Assembly: GCA_951406725.2 (NCBI GenBank)
Contig: OX597832.1
Location: 39,866,001 to 39,930,000 of the forward strand
Source: Octopus vulgaris
Taxonomy: Eukaryota
Direction: 5' to 3'
Length of the DNA stretch: 64,000 bases
The translations under genes were made by a program, and so were the position numbers. The stretch's first letter is position 1. Each line of letters begins with the position of its first letter. The notes under the pieces are model-generated. The model saw only the letters and a list, made by a program, of their open reading frames with translations. It did not search any database and had not been told where the DNA came from. Of the stretch, positions 24,985 through 38,608 are shown piece by piece.

Positions 24985-25204
24985 ATGATGATGATGATGT
25001 TGATGTTGATGATGATGGTGGTGGTGGTGGTGGTGGTGATGGTGATGGTGGTGGTGATGATGATAGTGGTGGTGATGATGATGATGATGATGATGATGGT
25101 AGTGATGATGATGATGGTGATGATGATGATGATGATGATTGTGGTGATGATGATGATGGTGGTGATGATGATGGTGATGGTGGTGATGATGGTGGTGATG
25201 GTGG

Positions 25205-25235
<31 letters not shown>

Positions 25236-25267
25236 GGTGATGATGATGATGATGGTGGTGATGGTGG

Positions 25268-25298
<31 letters not shown>

Positions 25299-25312
25299 GA
25301 TGATGGTGGTGA

Positions 25313-25346
<34 letters not shown>

Positions 25347-25470
25347 GGTGGTGGTGGTGGTGGTGGTGATGATGATGATGATGGTGATGATGGTGGTGGT
25401 GGTGATGATGATGATGGTGGTGGTGGTGGTGGTGGTGGTGGTGGTGATGATGATGATGATGATGGTGATG
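24985..25470. repeat. (GAT/GGT)n array
   Basis: Direct inspection. Confidence 0.95.
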
Positions 25471-25630
25471 ATTTATTTATTTATTTATTTTGCCACAGGG
25501 GTATCAAATGAAGGGGACATTACGAAAACAGGTTACAATTTGCGTGGAGACGTAGTTGACATGAAATCAGTTGAAAAAAAGAACAATTAAAATAACAACA
25601 GCAATAAATAACAATAATAATAATAACAAC

Positions 25631-25664
<34 letters not shown>

Positions 25665-27613
25665 GGATACTGTGTTGTTGGAAGCAGATTTTGCAGTGTG
25701 TAAGGAGTGGGAAGTCGGTAAAAAAAAAAAAACCAAGAACGTAATTGAGAAATCTTTGTGAAAATAATGGAATCAAAGAGCAAGTAGTAAACAGTGTGTC
25801 CTTGAAGGTGAAGGTCACGGATTTGTAACTGGTTCAAACACTTCAGATATTCTTGGATCATCGACTGTGTGCGGTAGGGGGAGTGGGGGGGAGAGAGTGA
25901 AGAGGAGGTGGGAAGTGAGGGAGAAGGGGGGTAGAATGGAGTTGGGATGGAGGCAATATGTGGTGGTGGTGGTGGTGGTGGTGGTAGTAGTTGTGGTGGT
26001 AGTAGTAGCAGTGGTGGTGGTGGTGGTAGTAGTAGTAGTACTACTACTACTACTCGTAGTAGTAGTAGTAGTGGTGGTGGTGGTGGTGGTGGTGGTGGTG
26101 GTGGTGACAGTGGTGTTGGCCGTTTTGGTGGAGGCAATGATTATAGTGGTGATGATGGTGGTGTTGTTGGTGGTGATGTTATTGTTGTTGTTGGTGGTGG
26201 TGGTGGTATGGAGAGTCTGGTGGGATGGAGGTGGCACGGGGAGACAGGCTTGGTGATGAGGAGGAATGAAAGGCAAAATTGACCTCACTGAGATTTGAAC
26301 TTAGAATGTAAAGAATCAGAAGAAATACTGCAGAACGTTTTGTCTGAGACTTTGGTAATTCTACTGATCCATAACCCTATAATAATATTAATAATAATAA
26401 TAATAATAATCATCATCATCATCATCATTTAGCGTCCGTTTCCATGCTGGCATGGGTTGGACGGTTCAACTGGGGTCTGTGAAGCCAGAAGGCTGCATCA
26501 GGCCCAGTCTGATCTGGCAGTGTTTATCTAATGCAAAGAGTGTCAACTTAATATCTCAGATTCAGGTTTTAGCTTTTATTATCCAGAGATATCACATGTA
26601 CTAAGGAAAACAAATTAAACCCCACCAAGGGGTAGAATTCATGCATCACCACCAAAGGCACCTGCATCCTTAGGATGATAATTCAAACACAAATGGTGTG
26701 GGTACTAATGGGGACAATTCAAATACCTATTTCTTTACTGCCCACAAGGGGTTAAACACAGAGAGGACAAACAAGGACAGACAAACAGATTAAGTCGATT
26801 ATATCGACCCCAGTGCGTAACTGGTACTTAATTTATCGACCCCCCGAAAGGATGAAAAGCAAAGTTTGTCCCTTCTGTGTTTAGCCTCTTGTGGGTAGTA
26901 AGGAAATTGGCATTAGGAAGGGTGTCCACCCCTAAAAAGTATGCTGAAGCAGAGTTTGGAGCTTGATGCAATCCTTTCACTTGTCAGTTCCTCTTGAACA
27001 ATTCAACCCATGCCAGCATGAAAAACAGATCTTAAATAATAATAATAATAACAATGGAGAGAAGGAGTTCACTTGTAGTGTTGTTTCTTCAAATCCATCA
27101 ATTGTCTTACGCTTAAAAAACAGCCTCTATTACTTGTTTTACTCCGTGTAAAACATCCACCAAACCCCTTCATCTCTTGTTATAATCTTTTGCATCTTCT
27201 TTACAATAGATTTTCGTTGCCTTTTTCTTTGTTATCTCTGACCTGAAGTTCAACATGCCCTTTACAGCAGTTGTTATTCTTGTGTTAATTTGTCGTTTTA
27301 ATGCTTGTTCTTGAGTTTGTAGGCTGTGATGTTTACAACTGTGCTTGTTATTACAACACATTTTCACTGGTAGGCGTTGTTGTAATTGTCACGCTGTTAC
27401 ACCTGTGTTTTGTAAATATATTTACTGAAATGCATGAAACAGATACGGCAAAAGCAAGAGAGAAACTATGCCTCAAGTGTTAAGAATTGGTGTATAACAA
27501 ACTGAGTTGAAAATGGCATCTGGACAATGCCAGCTATCCTTTTAATGAGTGTGTGTGTGTGATGTGTGTTTGTGAACATTGTGTTATATATGTATCTTGT
27601 GTGTGTGAGTGTG

Positions 27614-27666
<53 letters not shown>

Positions 27667-27674
27667 ACATACGG

Positions 27675-28065
27675 GGGCATGTAAAAAGCACCAACTACAC
27701 TCACGGAGTGGTTGGCATTAGGAAGGGCATCCAGCTGTAGAAACACTGCCAGATCAGACTGGAGCCTGGTGCAGCCTCCTGGCTTCCCAGACCCCAGTCA
27801 AACCGTTCAACCCATGCTAGCATGGAAAGCGGATGCTAAACGATGATGATTATGATGAATGATGAGAGAGAGAGAGAGAGAAACATTAGCACACTGGGCG
27901 AAATGCCTAGCGGTATTTCGTCTGTCGTTACGTTCTGAGATCAAATTCCGCCAAGGTCGACTTTGCCTTTCAACCTTTCAGGGTTGATTAAATAAGTACC
28001 AGTTACGCACTGGGGTCGATGTAATCAACTTAACCCTCATGTCTGACCTTGTTTGTCCCCTCAAT
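27675..28065 (+). mobile_element. Family C copy (27675-27857) followed by a partial SINE B (27880-28065)
   Basis: Matches to other copies in the window. Confidence 0.8.
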
Positions 28066-28319
28066 GGTTAATTGATGATGGTAGAGCCAACTTATAAACC
28101 AAAGACATTCCAACCATGAGCATCCCCTCACAGTGGGCCATCATTGGTGGGCTATGTTTGTAGCAGGGGTAACCAATTAATTCTTCATTAATACTCAAAG
28201 TGCTCATAGTGTTTGCTAGACTGTCCAGCATTCAGATTAATTAAGATTAATGAAACAACAACATCAAACCAACACCAGATAATCCCTCAACTATGATGAA
28301 ATGAATAATTTGGTAGTTA

Positions 28320-29395
28320 GATGTGGTGGTGGTAGTAGTGGTAGGGTCAGTAGTTGTGATGGTGACAGTAGCAACAGCAGTGGTGGTGGTGATGGTAGTG
28401 ATGGTAGTGGTGGTGGTGGTGGTTGTGGTGATGGCTGTGGTTGTGGTTGTGGTAGTGGTGGTGGTGGTTGTGGTCGTGGTTGTGGTCGTGGCTGTGGTCG
28501 TGGTTGTGGTTATGGTGGTGGCGGCTGTGGCTGTGGTTGTGGTTGTGGTAGTGACGGTGGGGGAGGGGAATATGATGGTGGTAAATGTGGTTGTCATGGT
28601 TATAATGGTGGTACTGACAATATATATATATATATTGTCAGTATGTGTTGCAGATGGCTAACAGATATGATGACATTGTCATTCTTGCTAGCGAAATTTG
28701 GTAGACAGTATCTGTGTGGAAGCACTTTAAATCATCTTTACCATTCATCATCATCTTCATAACCATCTTCTTCATCATCATCACCACCACCACCACCACC
28801 ACCACCACCACCACCACCATCATAACCATCTTCATCATCTTCATAACCATCTTCTTCATCATCACCATCATCGTCATCGTCATCACCATCATCGTCATCG
28901 TCGTCATCACCATCATCATCACCATCATCATCATCATCATCTTCATCATCACCATCATCACCATCATCGTCATCGTCATCGTCGTCATCACCATCATCAT
29001 CACCATCATCATCATCATCATCATCTTCATCATCATCATCATCACCATCATCGTCATCACCGTCGTCAACATCATCATCATCATCATTTTCATCACCATC
29101 ATAATCATCTTCATCATCTTCGGTTTCTTCATCACTGCCACCACCACCACCACCGCCACCACCACCACCACCACCACCACCACCACCATCATCATCATCA
29201 TCTTCATCATCACCATCATCATCATCATCATCATCTTCATCATCATCATCATCACCATCATCGTCATCACCGTCGTCAACATCATCATCATCATCATTTT
29301 CATCACCATCATAATCATCTTCATCATCTTCGGTTTCTTCATCACTGCCACCACCACCACCACCACCACCGCCATCATCATCACCATCATCTTCA
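28320..29395. repeat. (GGT)n then (CAT/CAC)n arrays, the latter containing a 210-bp duplication
   Basis: CGTCGTCAAC..TTCGGTTTCTTC block at 29061 and again at 29271. Confidence 0.9.
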
Positions 29396-29594
29396 TGAGC
29401 ATTTTGTTTGCCTTCTCCGTGAACATATTGTTGGATGGGTCATCACATCTGAATTGCATCTTATTTGCTGCTGCTCCCCTCCTAGTTGAATCAAGGGTCA
29501 CGCCTGACTCACACATTCCACTCTTAGCTGGATTTCTACTGTTCTATGTCCATCCTAATTCCTGTCGATTCTCAGTGTGCTCCATGTGCATTTC

Positions 29595-29653
<59 letters not shown>

Positions 29654-29792
29654 TCATACACATGCACAAACACATATATATGTATGTGTGTATATGTGTG
29701 TGTGTTTACATATGCATTCACATTATGTATTTATACCAAAGTATATATGTATATATAATTATATATTCATATATACTTATGCATATTCATAT

Positions 29793-29866
<74 letters not shown>

Positions 29867-30489
29867 AGCAACCCCTGCTTCCTCATCATTCTTGATTCCC
29901 CTCGCAAGCCTCATGCATTTTATACAGCAGGACTTAAATTTTATTAAAGTGTCCTTCCATTTTTAGTACAACAAGATATGAAAACTGAGAGAATTTGGCT
30001 GTTCTTTCTCCCAGGTCAATCAACATATACATGTGTTTATATGTGTGTGTGTGTGTGTGTGTGTGTATAGATTGATGTGGGGTGAGGTATAGGACATAGG
30101 TGATGACTGAAAGAAGGTCAACTAGTGATTCATTGCTATGGTGGTGGTGGTGGTGGTGGTGGTGGTGGAAGTAGTATTGGTAATAGTGCTAGAGGTGGTG
30201 GTTGTAGTGAGGGTGGAAATGGTGGAATTTTGGTCCATGTTCATGAGAAAGAAAGACATACACATACAAAGAGAGCAGAAGGTGAAAAGACCCGGTGTCA
30301 CATGACTAAAGTAGAGGAAGCGGGGTGGGGGGAGTGACTGCCAAACAGAGACCAGCTACTACCACCACCCCATTAACAACAACAACAACAACAGCAGCTG
30401 CCAACAAGGACAGGGTCACTCATTCTGTTAAAAAAAATGGCAACCAAGTTACCCCAAATCACACCTTCTCTTGCTTGCTTCAAGCTCTT

Positions 30490-31088
30490 ACCTATTTCTT
30501 TACTACCCACAAGGGGCTAAACATAGAGAGGACAAACAAGGACAGACAAACGGATTAAGTCGACTACATCGACCCCAGTGCGTAACTGGTACTTAATTTA
30601 TCGACCCCGAAAGGATGAAAGGCAAAGTCGACCTCGGTGGAATTTGAACTCAGAACGTAACGACAGACGAAATACCTATTTCTTTACTACCCAGAAGGGG
30701 CTAAACACAGAGAGGACAAACAAGGACAGACAAACGGATTAAATCGATTACATCGACCCCAGTGCATAACTGGTACTTAATTTATCGACCCCGAAAGGAA
30801 GAAAGGCAAAGTCGACCTCAGCGGAATTTGAACTCAGAACATAAAGACAGACGAAATACCTATTTCTTTACTACCCACAAGGGGCTAAACATAGGGGGGA
30901 CAAACAAAGATAGACAAACGGATTAAGCCGATTACATCGACCCCAGTGTGTAACTGGTACTTAATTTATCAACCCCGAAAGGATGAAAGGCAAAGTCGAC
31001 CTCGGCGGAATTTGAACTCAGAACATAACGGCAGACGAAATACCGCTCAGCATTTCGCCCGGCGTGCTAACAGTTCTGCCAGCTCACC
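30490..31088 (-). mobile_element. Head-to-tail trimer of SINE B inside a single 13-bp TSD
   Basis: One full monomer plus two head-less ~184-bp units; TSD CAAGCTCTTACCT at 30481-30493 and 31088-31100. Confidence 0.9.
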
Positions 31089-31169
31089 AAGCTCTTACCT
31101 GCTTCATGTTCTTGCTTGATCAGGCTGGGGGTCATTCCAAGTTAGTGGTCCCAGACATGTCCTCATGCA

Positions 31170-31310
31170 TAGGGCCAACCAAGCTCCACCTGTGCTCTCC
31201 ATCACGGACATTCTCCGAGGTGACGGTGAGCCTCTAGAGATCCTCCCTGATCTTGTCCAGCCATCTGGTGCGGGGGTCTTCTTGACGCCTCTTCCTACTC
31301 AAAGCTGCTG
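31170..31310 (-). pseudogene. RTE-like LINE ORF C-terminal fragment
   Basis: SRKRRQEDPRTRWLDKIREDL*..ENVRDGEHRW resembles RxRGRPxxRWxDxIxxDL..DRxxW. Confidence 0.55.
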
Positions 31311-31589
31311 CAATCGAATGAGAGTAAAGGCCTGGATTTACTCTCATTCCTGCTAGATTAATCACACCTTTAGAAAAAGGTGTGTTGCATAGGCACAGGT
31401 ATGGTTGTGTGGTTAAGAAGCTCACTTTGTAACCATGTAGTTTTGGGTTCAATCTCAACACATGGTACTTTGGCCATAGTTGAATAAGTGAAACAAATAA
31501 AACATGATATATACAAGCATGTGTGTGTGCATGTATATTATATGATAGTATTAATATATATACATATATTTCATTTCATATATATATAT

Positions 31590-31959
31590 CATCATCATCA
31601 TCATCATCATCGATTAACGTCCGTTTTCCATGCTAGCACAGGTTGGACGGTTCGACCGGGGTCTGGGAAGCCAGGAGGCTGCACCAGGCCCAGTCTGATC
31701 TGGCAGTGTTTCTACAGCTAGATGCCCTTCCTAACGCCAACCACTCAGTGAGTGTAGTGGCTGCTTCTTACGTGCCACCGGCACAGGTGCCAGGGGAGTC
31801 TGGCAGCGGCCAAGATCGGTTGATGCTTTTTACGTGCCACCAGCACAGAAGCCAGTCAAGGCGGCGCTGGCATCAGCCACGTTCAGATGGTGCTTTTTAC
31901 GTGCCACCGGCACAGAAGCCAGTCAAGGTGGCGCTGGCATCGGCCACGTTCGTATGGTG

Positions 31960-31962
<3 letters not shown>
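31590..31962 (-). mobile_element. Family C copy with ~58-bp tandem units
   Basis: Match to other copies. Confidence 0.85.
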
Positions 31963-32016
<54 letters not shown>

Positions 32017-32635
32017 CATTTATCTTTATTCTCTCCCTTTTGCTTGTATCTAAACGAGCAATGGTCTATGGCTAGCATAGCTCATAATATTTCTGATAAA
32101 AAATTTCAGATAAATATTGCTTTGAATTGATATAATTTAAATTATTTTATACTAATTATCATGTATCATGATTTTGCAATTATGGAGTTATTGATGTCTA
32201 TTCCTTACGAAACAGCTGTTGGAAGTAATTAAATTATGATTTATCTGTGAAATTTATGCTTTTCTGCTTTCAATTTTAAATATACTTGGCTCTTAAAGAT
32301 TAATTTGGCCAATTATTTGTTATGCAAACTTTTTCAACTTGAATTTACAGCAAAATTATAATGTTTTGGAGTTTAATGGGTTATTAATAAATGAGCTCTA
32401 ATTATCATGGTTGTATTTGTCGATGTTTTTACACTACCTGCTTATATGTGAATATAGATATGTAGATATGTTCACATGTGTGTGTGTGTGTGTATGTGTG
32501 TGGTGTGTGTGTGTAAACTTTTTGCTATTCTTCTATTAACTTTAAACAAAAACTGTACACCACACACACACGTTTATGTGCATATATACATATACACACA
32601 TACATAGATATAGATATAGACATACATACATACAT

Positions 32636-32639
<4 letters not shown>

Positions 32640-32718
<79 letters not shown>

Positions 32719-33130
32719 TTTGACTATTTATTAAAATTTTATGTATTGATTAAGTCTTTCCTTGTTTGTTTTGCAAAATAGTGGTTTTGTCTCTAATAAT
32801 ATTTTATAATATTTTACTATAAAATTGGATTTAATCCTAAATCTGATTTTTTTCCCTGTAAAGTTGGATTTATTCCTAATATTTATTACATATATATTTA
32901 TATATATACATATATATTTATATATATACATATATATTTATATATATATACATATATATTTATATATATACATATATATTTATATATACATATATATTTA
33001 TATATATACATATATATTTATATATACATATATATTTATATATATATATATATACATATATATTTATATATATATTTATATATATACATATATATTTATA
33101 TATATACATATATATTTATATATACATATA

Positions 33131-33184
<54 letters not shown>

Positions 33185-33239
33185 CATATATATACATATA
33201 TATTTATATATACATATATATTTATATATACATATATAT

Positions 33240-33273
<34 letters not shown>

Positions 33274-33339
33274 CATATATATACATATATATACATATAT
33301 ATACATATATATACATATATATTTATATATATACATATA

Positions 33340-33385
<46 letters not shown>

Positions 33386-33458
33386 TATACATATATATAC
33401 ATATATATACATATATATTTATATATATACATATATATACATATATATATATATATAT

Positions 33459-33490
<32 letters not shown>

Positions 33491-33561
33491 CATATATATT
33501 TATATATATACATATATATTTATATATATATATATATATATATTTATACATATATATACAC

Positions 33562-33600
<39 letters not shown>

Positions 33601-33618
33601 TTATACATATATATACAC

Positions 33619-33656
<38 letters not shown>

Positions 33657-33735
33657 TTATACATATATATACACATTTATACATATATATATATAGATAT
33701 ATATATACACATACACACACACACACATATATATA
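32640..33735. repeat. Long (TA)n-derived satellite (TATATACATATATATT variants)
   Basis: Direct inspection; interrupted by a short unique segment at ~32715-32885. Confidence 0.95.
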
Positions 33736-34477
33736 AATGCTCAGTAACTGTGTATATATATGCACATACCTACATACATTGCATGCATATGTTTGTATGT
33801 GTCTGCATGTATCTGTGCATATGCATGCATGTACACGTTTGCACATTCTTATTAATGCATGGATATTGTCATAATGTGCTCTGCCTTGATTGAAGTTTAT
33901 CTTTTAAATCAAAGAAAATTAAGAAGAAAAAAAAATCTTCTGCCAAAAACAAATTTCTTTTTGTTCTCTTTTTTTAATTCTTCCCGTCTCTAAATATGGG
34001 CAACTTTGGTAATTAGCCAAGACAAAAACAAACAAACAAAAAAAGAACTCACAACTTTAACCCATGGCAAACTGCCTGAAGGAAGAAATTGCCAAAAGTT
34101 GTCCGTGACCCAGTCATTAATAGACAATAAAGGCAGAAGGTATTACGTCTCTTTGTGTTTTTGGCATGAAAAAGTCACTGTTGAGGTCAGCTTATTTCAT
34201 GCTTTAGAAAAAACCATGGCAAAGAATTCTATGCTCTTGTGTAATACTACTGTTTAACTGTTTTATTCTTTCACTGGGTTTGATTATTGGATTGTGGCCA
34301 TGCTGGGGCACTGCCATAAATGGTTTTAGTGGAATCAAATTAAACCTGAGAATTTATTTTGAAGTCTGGTATTTTTTACTCTTTCAGTTTCTTTTTTGCC
34401 AAACTGCTACAAGAAGAAAAAAAAAACAAACTCAAAAACAAACGCACAAGGTCAAAGACAAACACATACACACGCAT

Positions 34478-34568
<91 letters not shown>

Positions 34569-35204
34569 TACACACACACACAACAAGCTTCTGCATAGTG
34601 TCTGTTCCCCAGATTCATTCTGAGAGTCTATAATAGAAGACACTTGGTCAAAGTGCCAGGCAATGGGTTTGATCTCGAAACCATGCAGTTACAAAGTAAA
34701 CTCCTTTACCATACAACCACACCTGTGACAATGGTTCTATGGCGAAGAATTTACATTGTTTACTAATGTAATTCCCAAAACACAACTTGCCCTGAGGTTG
34801 ATGGAGGTTATACATTCGTACAGTGAAAGTCAGTGCTATTCTCATATGTGATCACACACACACACACACATGCAAACATACACACATGCTCATATATACA
34901 CTCATAGAAACATACACATGAGTGTTCACATATAAATATACATACATACATACATACATTCATACGTATATACATACATACATACATACATACATACGTA
35001 TATACATACATACATACACACATACATACACACACACACATACATACATACACACACACATACATACATACATACATACATACATACATACATACATACA
35101 TACATACATACATACATAAGAATGAAAACAACTACAGACATATTTGACAATATTGATCCCAGTGGATCAAAAGAATATTGGTGGAACTTAAAAATTAAAA
35201 CACC

Positions 35205-35535
35205 TCATCATCATCATCATTTAATGTCTAACGTCCGTTTTCCATGCTGGCATGGGTTGGATGGTTTGACTGAGAACTGGTAAGCCAGGGAGCTGCACCA
35301 GGATCCAATTTTTTATTTGGCATGGTTTCTGCAGCTGGATGCCCTTCCTAATGCCAACCACTCCAAGACTGTAGTGGGTGCTTTTCATATCCCATTGGCA
35401 GAGATGCCAGTTACATGGCACCAGCATTGGTCACAACTATGATCTCACTTGGCTTGAGAGGTCTTTTCAAGCACAGTTTATCACCAAGGGTCTCAGTCAC
35501 CTGTCATTGCCTCCATGACACCCAACGTTCAAGAT
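35205..35535 (-). mobile_element. Family C copy extending into the RTE ORF end
   Basis: Minus strand TLGVMEAMTGD*DPW**TVLEKTSQAK* is homologous to the 4448-4570 peptide. Confidence 0.75.
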
Positions 35536-35874
35536 GTTTCCATTTGCTGGTAGAATCCATTAAATCAGAAATGAAGACAGAAGAAAAAATTTGTAATGAT
35601 CTGATAAAATGTGAAGTGAAGTTCTTATGTTTGGGTGATATTTAACAAAACATTAAATATTGAGTCATTTTCACACTGTTATGCAGACCATGTATTTCAT
35701 CACCCAGCGTTTGGACAGCGCTTGATTCGATGATGGAAAGAAACAGAAAATAATTCTGTTCTTTCACACTTATACACAAACCATGTTTCAACACCTTGTA
35801 TCAATAAATATTTACCCATTTGCATCCAGTTCTCTCTCTCTCCCCCCTCTCTCACTCTCTCTCTTTCTCCCTCT

Positions 35875-35937
<63 letters not shown>

Positions 35938-36426
35938 TCGTTCTCTCTTTCTTTCTCTCTCTCGCTCTTTCTCTCTCTCTCTCTCTCTCTCTCACTCACT
36001 CACCCACTCTGTAGCTTCTGTATATGTGAGTAGGTGGATGTACTTATATGTATATGATTACGCACACACATATATATATTCATATGTAGATAGATAATTA
36101 TATGCATGTATATATATATATATATATAGTACCAGTTGAGTACTAGAATTGAAGTAATCTACTAACCCTTTCCTACAAAATTTCAGGCCTTGTACCTATA
36201 GTAGAAAAAAATTATGAAGCAGGAGAGAAGATAGAACCCTGCTACTACCATCATGGCATTGGCTATGCTCAATATGCAGAAAAAGGGCTGGGTAAAAATT
36301 TCATGTAGTGCACCCAGTGTAAACTATTGAGACAGAAGAGATGCAGTGGGATCACAGGCAGGTAAACAAAAAAAGGTAAACTTCAGGTAGCAGATGTGAG
36401 ACAAAAAGCCTACAGGAAATAGATAC

Positions 36427-36427
<1 letters not shown>

Positions 36428-36482
<55 letters not shown>

Positions 36483-36920
36483 GTTTAACGTCCACTTTCC
36501 ATGCTGGCATGGGTTGGACGATTTGACTGAGGACTGGTGAACCAGATGGCTGCACCAGGCTCCAATCTTGATTTGGCAGAGTTTCTACAGCTGGATGCCC
36601 TTCCTAACACCAACCACTCCGAGAGTGTAGTGGGTGCTTTTAAAGGGCCTGTAAGGCGGTACTGGCAACGGTCATGGAAAAACGTGTTTTATTTTTATGT
36701 GCCACCTGCACACTGGCACAAGTGCCAGTAAGGCAACACTGGTAACGATCACGCTCGAATGGTGCTTTCTACGTGCCACTGGCACGAACGCCAGTTAGCC
36801 ACTCTGGCAATGATCATGCTCGGATGGTGCTCTTAGCACACATCCACTTGCACGGATGCCAGTCATCGAATTTGATTTTGATTCCGATTTCACTTACCTC
36901 AACAGGTCTTCACAAGCAAT
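36428..36920 (-). mobile_element. Family C variant with diverged tandem units, reaching the last RTE codons
   Basis: C tail and (CAT)n; CACTTACCTCAACAGGTCTTCACAAGCA at ~36891-36918 is homologous to the LEKT.QAK* end. Confidence 0.7.
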
Positions 36921-36960
36921 CAAAGAGTATTCATTTCCCATAGGCTTATTGCCCCACAGT

Positions 36961-37240
36961 GAAGGCACATGGCTTAGTGGTTAGGGTATTTGGCTCACGA
37001 TCATAAGGTTGTGAGTTCGATTCCCAGTGGTTGCATTGGGTCCTTGAGCAAGATACTTTATTTCTCGATGCTCCAGTTCACTCAGCTGGCAAAAATGAAT
37101 TGTACCTGTATTCCAAGGGATCTGCCTTGTCACATTCGGTGTCATGCTGAATTTCCTTGAGAACTACATTAAGGGTACGTGTGTCTGTGGAATGCTCAGC
37201 CACTTGCATGTTAATTTCAGAAGCAGGCTGTTCCATTGAT
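36961..37240 (+). mobile_element. tRNA-headed SINE family D
   Basis: TGGCTTAGTGGTTAGGG..GAGTTCGATTCCC (A/B boxes) then GTCCTTGAGCAAGATACTT core, same head type as 20440-20770 with a different body. Confidence 0.65.
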
Positions 37241-37354
37241 ATTTCCTGGTTTCTCTTATCCCTACTGCTTATCTTTCTTTCACTCATGCCATTCATATAA
37301 TGTCAGAGGTGGTACAGGATTCCCTCAATTTTATCACCCCATCACCATCATCAC

Positions 37355-37538
37355 CACTCTACTTCTCTGGAAGCCATCTACTCGCGATACCAGAGGGCGC
37401 ACACTCTCCTACCCTGATGTAATCTCCAGGGATACAGGCATCCAGCAACAGGACCTCCGTAATGCTATGATGGACCGTGAAGTCTGGCATTGCATGGTAA
37501 ATTCCATTGTCTCGACCACGGTCGAACAATCATGATGA
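37355..37538 (+). pseudogene. RTE-X-like LINE 3' end
   Basis: LLLWKPSTRDTRGRTLSYPDVISRDTGIQQQDLRNAMMDREVW..* followed by TGATGA. Confidence 0.65.
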
Positions 37539-37653
37539 TCTCTGACCCATCATGAGACTGCATTGAGCTAGTAGTACTCAATACACTCTATCTTATCTCC
37601 TATTCTGTACTGTCAGTCATCAACTTCTCTCACCCAAAACCACCTTGTTTTTA

Positions 37654-38048
37654 CGCAAGAGTGGCTGTGTGGTAAGTAGCTTGCTTACCAACCATATGGT
37701 TCCGGGTTCAGTCCCACTGCGTGGCATCTTGGGTAAGTGTCTTCTGCTATAGCCCCGGGCCGACCAATGCCTTGTGAGTGGATTTGGTAGACGGAAACTG
37801 AAAGAAGCCTGTCGTATATATGTATATATGTATATGTGTGTGTGTGTGTGTGTGTATCCCCCTAGCATTGCTTGGCAACCGATGCTGGTGTGTTTACGTC
37901 CCCGTCACTTAGCGGTTCGGCAAAAAGAGACCGATAGACTGGGCTTACAAAGAATAAGTCCCGAGGTCGATTTGCTCGACTAAAGGCGGTGCTCCAGCAT
38001 GGCCGCAGTCAAATGACTGAAACAAGTAAAAGAAAAGAAAAGAAAGAA
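37654..38048 (+). mobile_element. Full-length SINE family A (tRNA head, CORE-like segment, CR1-like tail)
   Basis: GTGGCTGTGTGGTAAG..GGTTCAGTCCC head; CTTGGGTAAGTGTCTT; internal (TA)(TG) tract; tail GGCGGTGCTCCAGCATGGCCGCAGTCAAATGACTGAAAC plus (AAAG)n. Confidence 0.9.
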
Positions 38049-38293
38049 AGATACAATCATGTGCCTTTCACCTCTCCATCCTGGCTTCTCTTCTATCATC
38101 ACAGTCTCTCTCTTAGCACTTTCTGGGTCATGTTGCTTTGAGCATACATACGTACATATCTCAGAGCACTGTGCACCTTTGGCTCTTTCGGGATATAAGG
38201 GACCCTATCTTGTGCTGGCGCTAAAATACTAAACACCCAGGACACATGTAAAGTGGTTGGCGAAGAAACCACTTCACTACTTTCCCACATTAA

Positions 38294-38514
38294 TCCTTTA
38301 GCATTTAAACCAGCCATATCCGGCCAAAAGTATTCTGCCTGTTTTATGTTCAAACTGGCCAGATCTGGTCTCTCACACCAACCCTACAATGTCGTTTTAA
38401 AAATGAACAGCTACCTCATCAAAATCTCATCGCTACAAGATAATGCATGATTAATTCAAAACAAAGTGGATGAAAAAGCATTAATTTTGGTAGAATAATG
38501 CGAACAGTAAAGGG
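38294..38514. mobile_element. TTAA-target (piggyBac-type) MITE
   Basis: TTAA|TCCTTTAG...TAAAGGG|TTAA; reverse complement of the copies at 62323 and 62747. Confidence 0.8.
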
Positions 38515-38538
38515 TTAAGGCACCTGGTGTCCACATGC

Positions 38539-38569
<31 letters not shown>

Positions 38570-38608
38570 ATACACTCATGCACAACACACAGCACACACA
38601 TATATATA

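Noticed and set aside
23554-25590. Poly-Asp, poly-Met and poly-His ORFs resembling biomineral or reflectin-like proteins
   Set aside because: Translations of (GAT)n and (GGT)n arrays; no reflectin motif or signal peptide
28247-29826. 292-aa and 370-aa low-complexity ORFs
   Set aside because: Trinucleotide and TA microsatellite translations
32825-33736. 303-aa Tyr/Ile ORF
   Set aside because: (TA)n-derived satellite
37654-37725. SINE heads (A, B, D) as tRNA genes
   Set aside because: They have A/B boxes but no complete cloverleaf; only 39993-40074 folds as a tRNA
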